A stretch of DNA of 62,960 bases, counting the filler, from Chiloscyllium plagiosum (Eukaryota), in the NCBI RefSeq assembly GCF_004010195.1. It is 4 parts of one record of this genome, joined end to end, with 100 filler letters (N's around TTAATTAATTAA, not from the genome) between each part and the next. Parts side by side here need not be neighbours in the genome. Positions count along the whole stretch, not along the records: positions 50,911 to 62,960 come from NC_057712.1; 3 more parts are not named here. One strand, written 5' to 3'. Numbering within the stretch: position 1 is the first letter of the stretch; every line of letters begins with the position of its first letter. Below the pieces are notes generated by a model. That model was not told the origin of the DNA. It made no database searches and saw only the letters and a program-made list of their open reading frames with translations. Position numbers and translations under genes: made by a program. Of this stretch, positions 62,418 through 62,960 are shown piece after piece.

Positions 62418-62960
62418 AGAAGAAGTATACAAAATAAGGTAGGTGAACTTGCAGCGTGGGTTGGTACCTGGGACTTCGATGTTGGAGACATGGGTAGAAC
62501 AGGGACAGGATTGGCTGTTGCAGGTCCCAGGGTTTAAATGTTTTAGTAGGGTCAGAGGTGGGGGTAAAAGAGGGGGAGGTGTGGCATTGCTTGTCAAAGA
62601 TAGTATTACAGCTGTGGAAAGGACGATGGATGAAGACTCGCCATCTGAGGTAGTTTGGGCTGAGGTTAGGAATAGGAAAGGTGAGGTCACCCTGTTAGGA
62701 GTTTTTTACAGGCCTCCTAATAGTCCTAGAGACGTAGAAGAAAGGATTGCGAGAATGATTCAGGAGAAGAGTGAAAGTAATAGGGTGGTTGTTATGGGGG
62801 ACTTTAACTTTCCTGATATTGATTGGGAAAGCTATAGCTCAAGTTCGTTAGATGGATCAGTGTTTGTCCAATGTGTGCAGGAGGGTTTCCTGACACAATA
62901 TGTAGACTGGCCAACAAGAGGTGAGGCCATACTGGATTTGGTTCTGGGTAATGAAACAGG
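62418..62960 (+). mobile_element. CR1 ORF2 APE endonuclease fragment running off the window
   Basis: RSIQNKVGEL, ETWVE, RGGGVALLVK, FYRPPNS, MGDFNFPDIDW, PTRGEAILDLVLGN. Confidence 0.92.

Overview
Repeat-dense vertebrate genomic DNA, very probably from an elasmobranch (shark): HE1/V-SINE-type SINEs, CR1-clade and Rex/Babar-type LINE fragments, Penelope-like elements and DeuSINE relics make up most of the window. Two host genes are visible on the minus strand. (1) Seven consecutive, phase-compatible GT-AG exons (61325->39256, 828 coding nt) encode the CysPc protease core and the start of the CBSW domain of a CAPN14-like calpain with an intact Cys/His/Asn triad. Its upstream exons lie beyond the window and I could not find its remaining CBSW/penta-EF exons. 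(2) About 20 kb downstream on the same strand is the first coding exon (18925->18788) of a TMEM63/CSC1-family mechanosensitive channel. The most notable non-genic signal is more than a dozen minimal hammerhead-ribozyme motifs (CTGANGA-stem II-GAAA-palindromic stem III) from at least four Penelope-derived families. Several sit in head-to-head palindromic insertions with target-site duplications, and some are in sense orientation inside the calpain introns. Also present: a 3.3-kb G-rich minisatellite with an exact 289-bp higher-order repeat, a candidate 6-nt microexon, an exact 138-bp tandem duplication, and three artificial 44N-TTAATTAATTAA-44N scaffold linkers. Repeat boundaries were read by eye and are approximate; exon boundaries were counted base by base.
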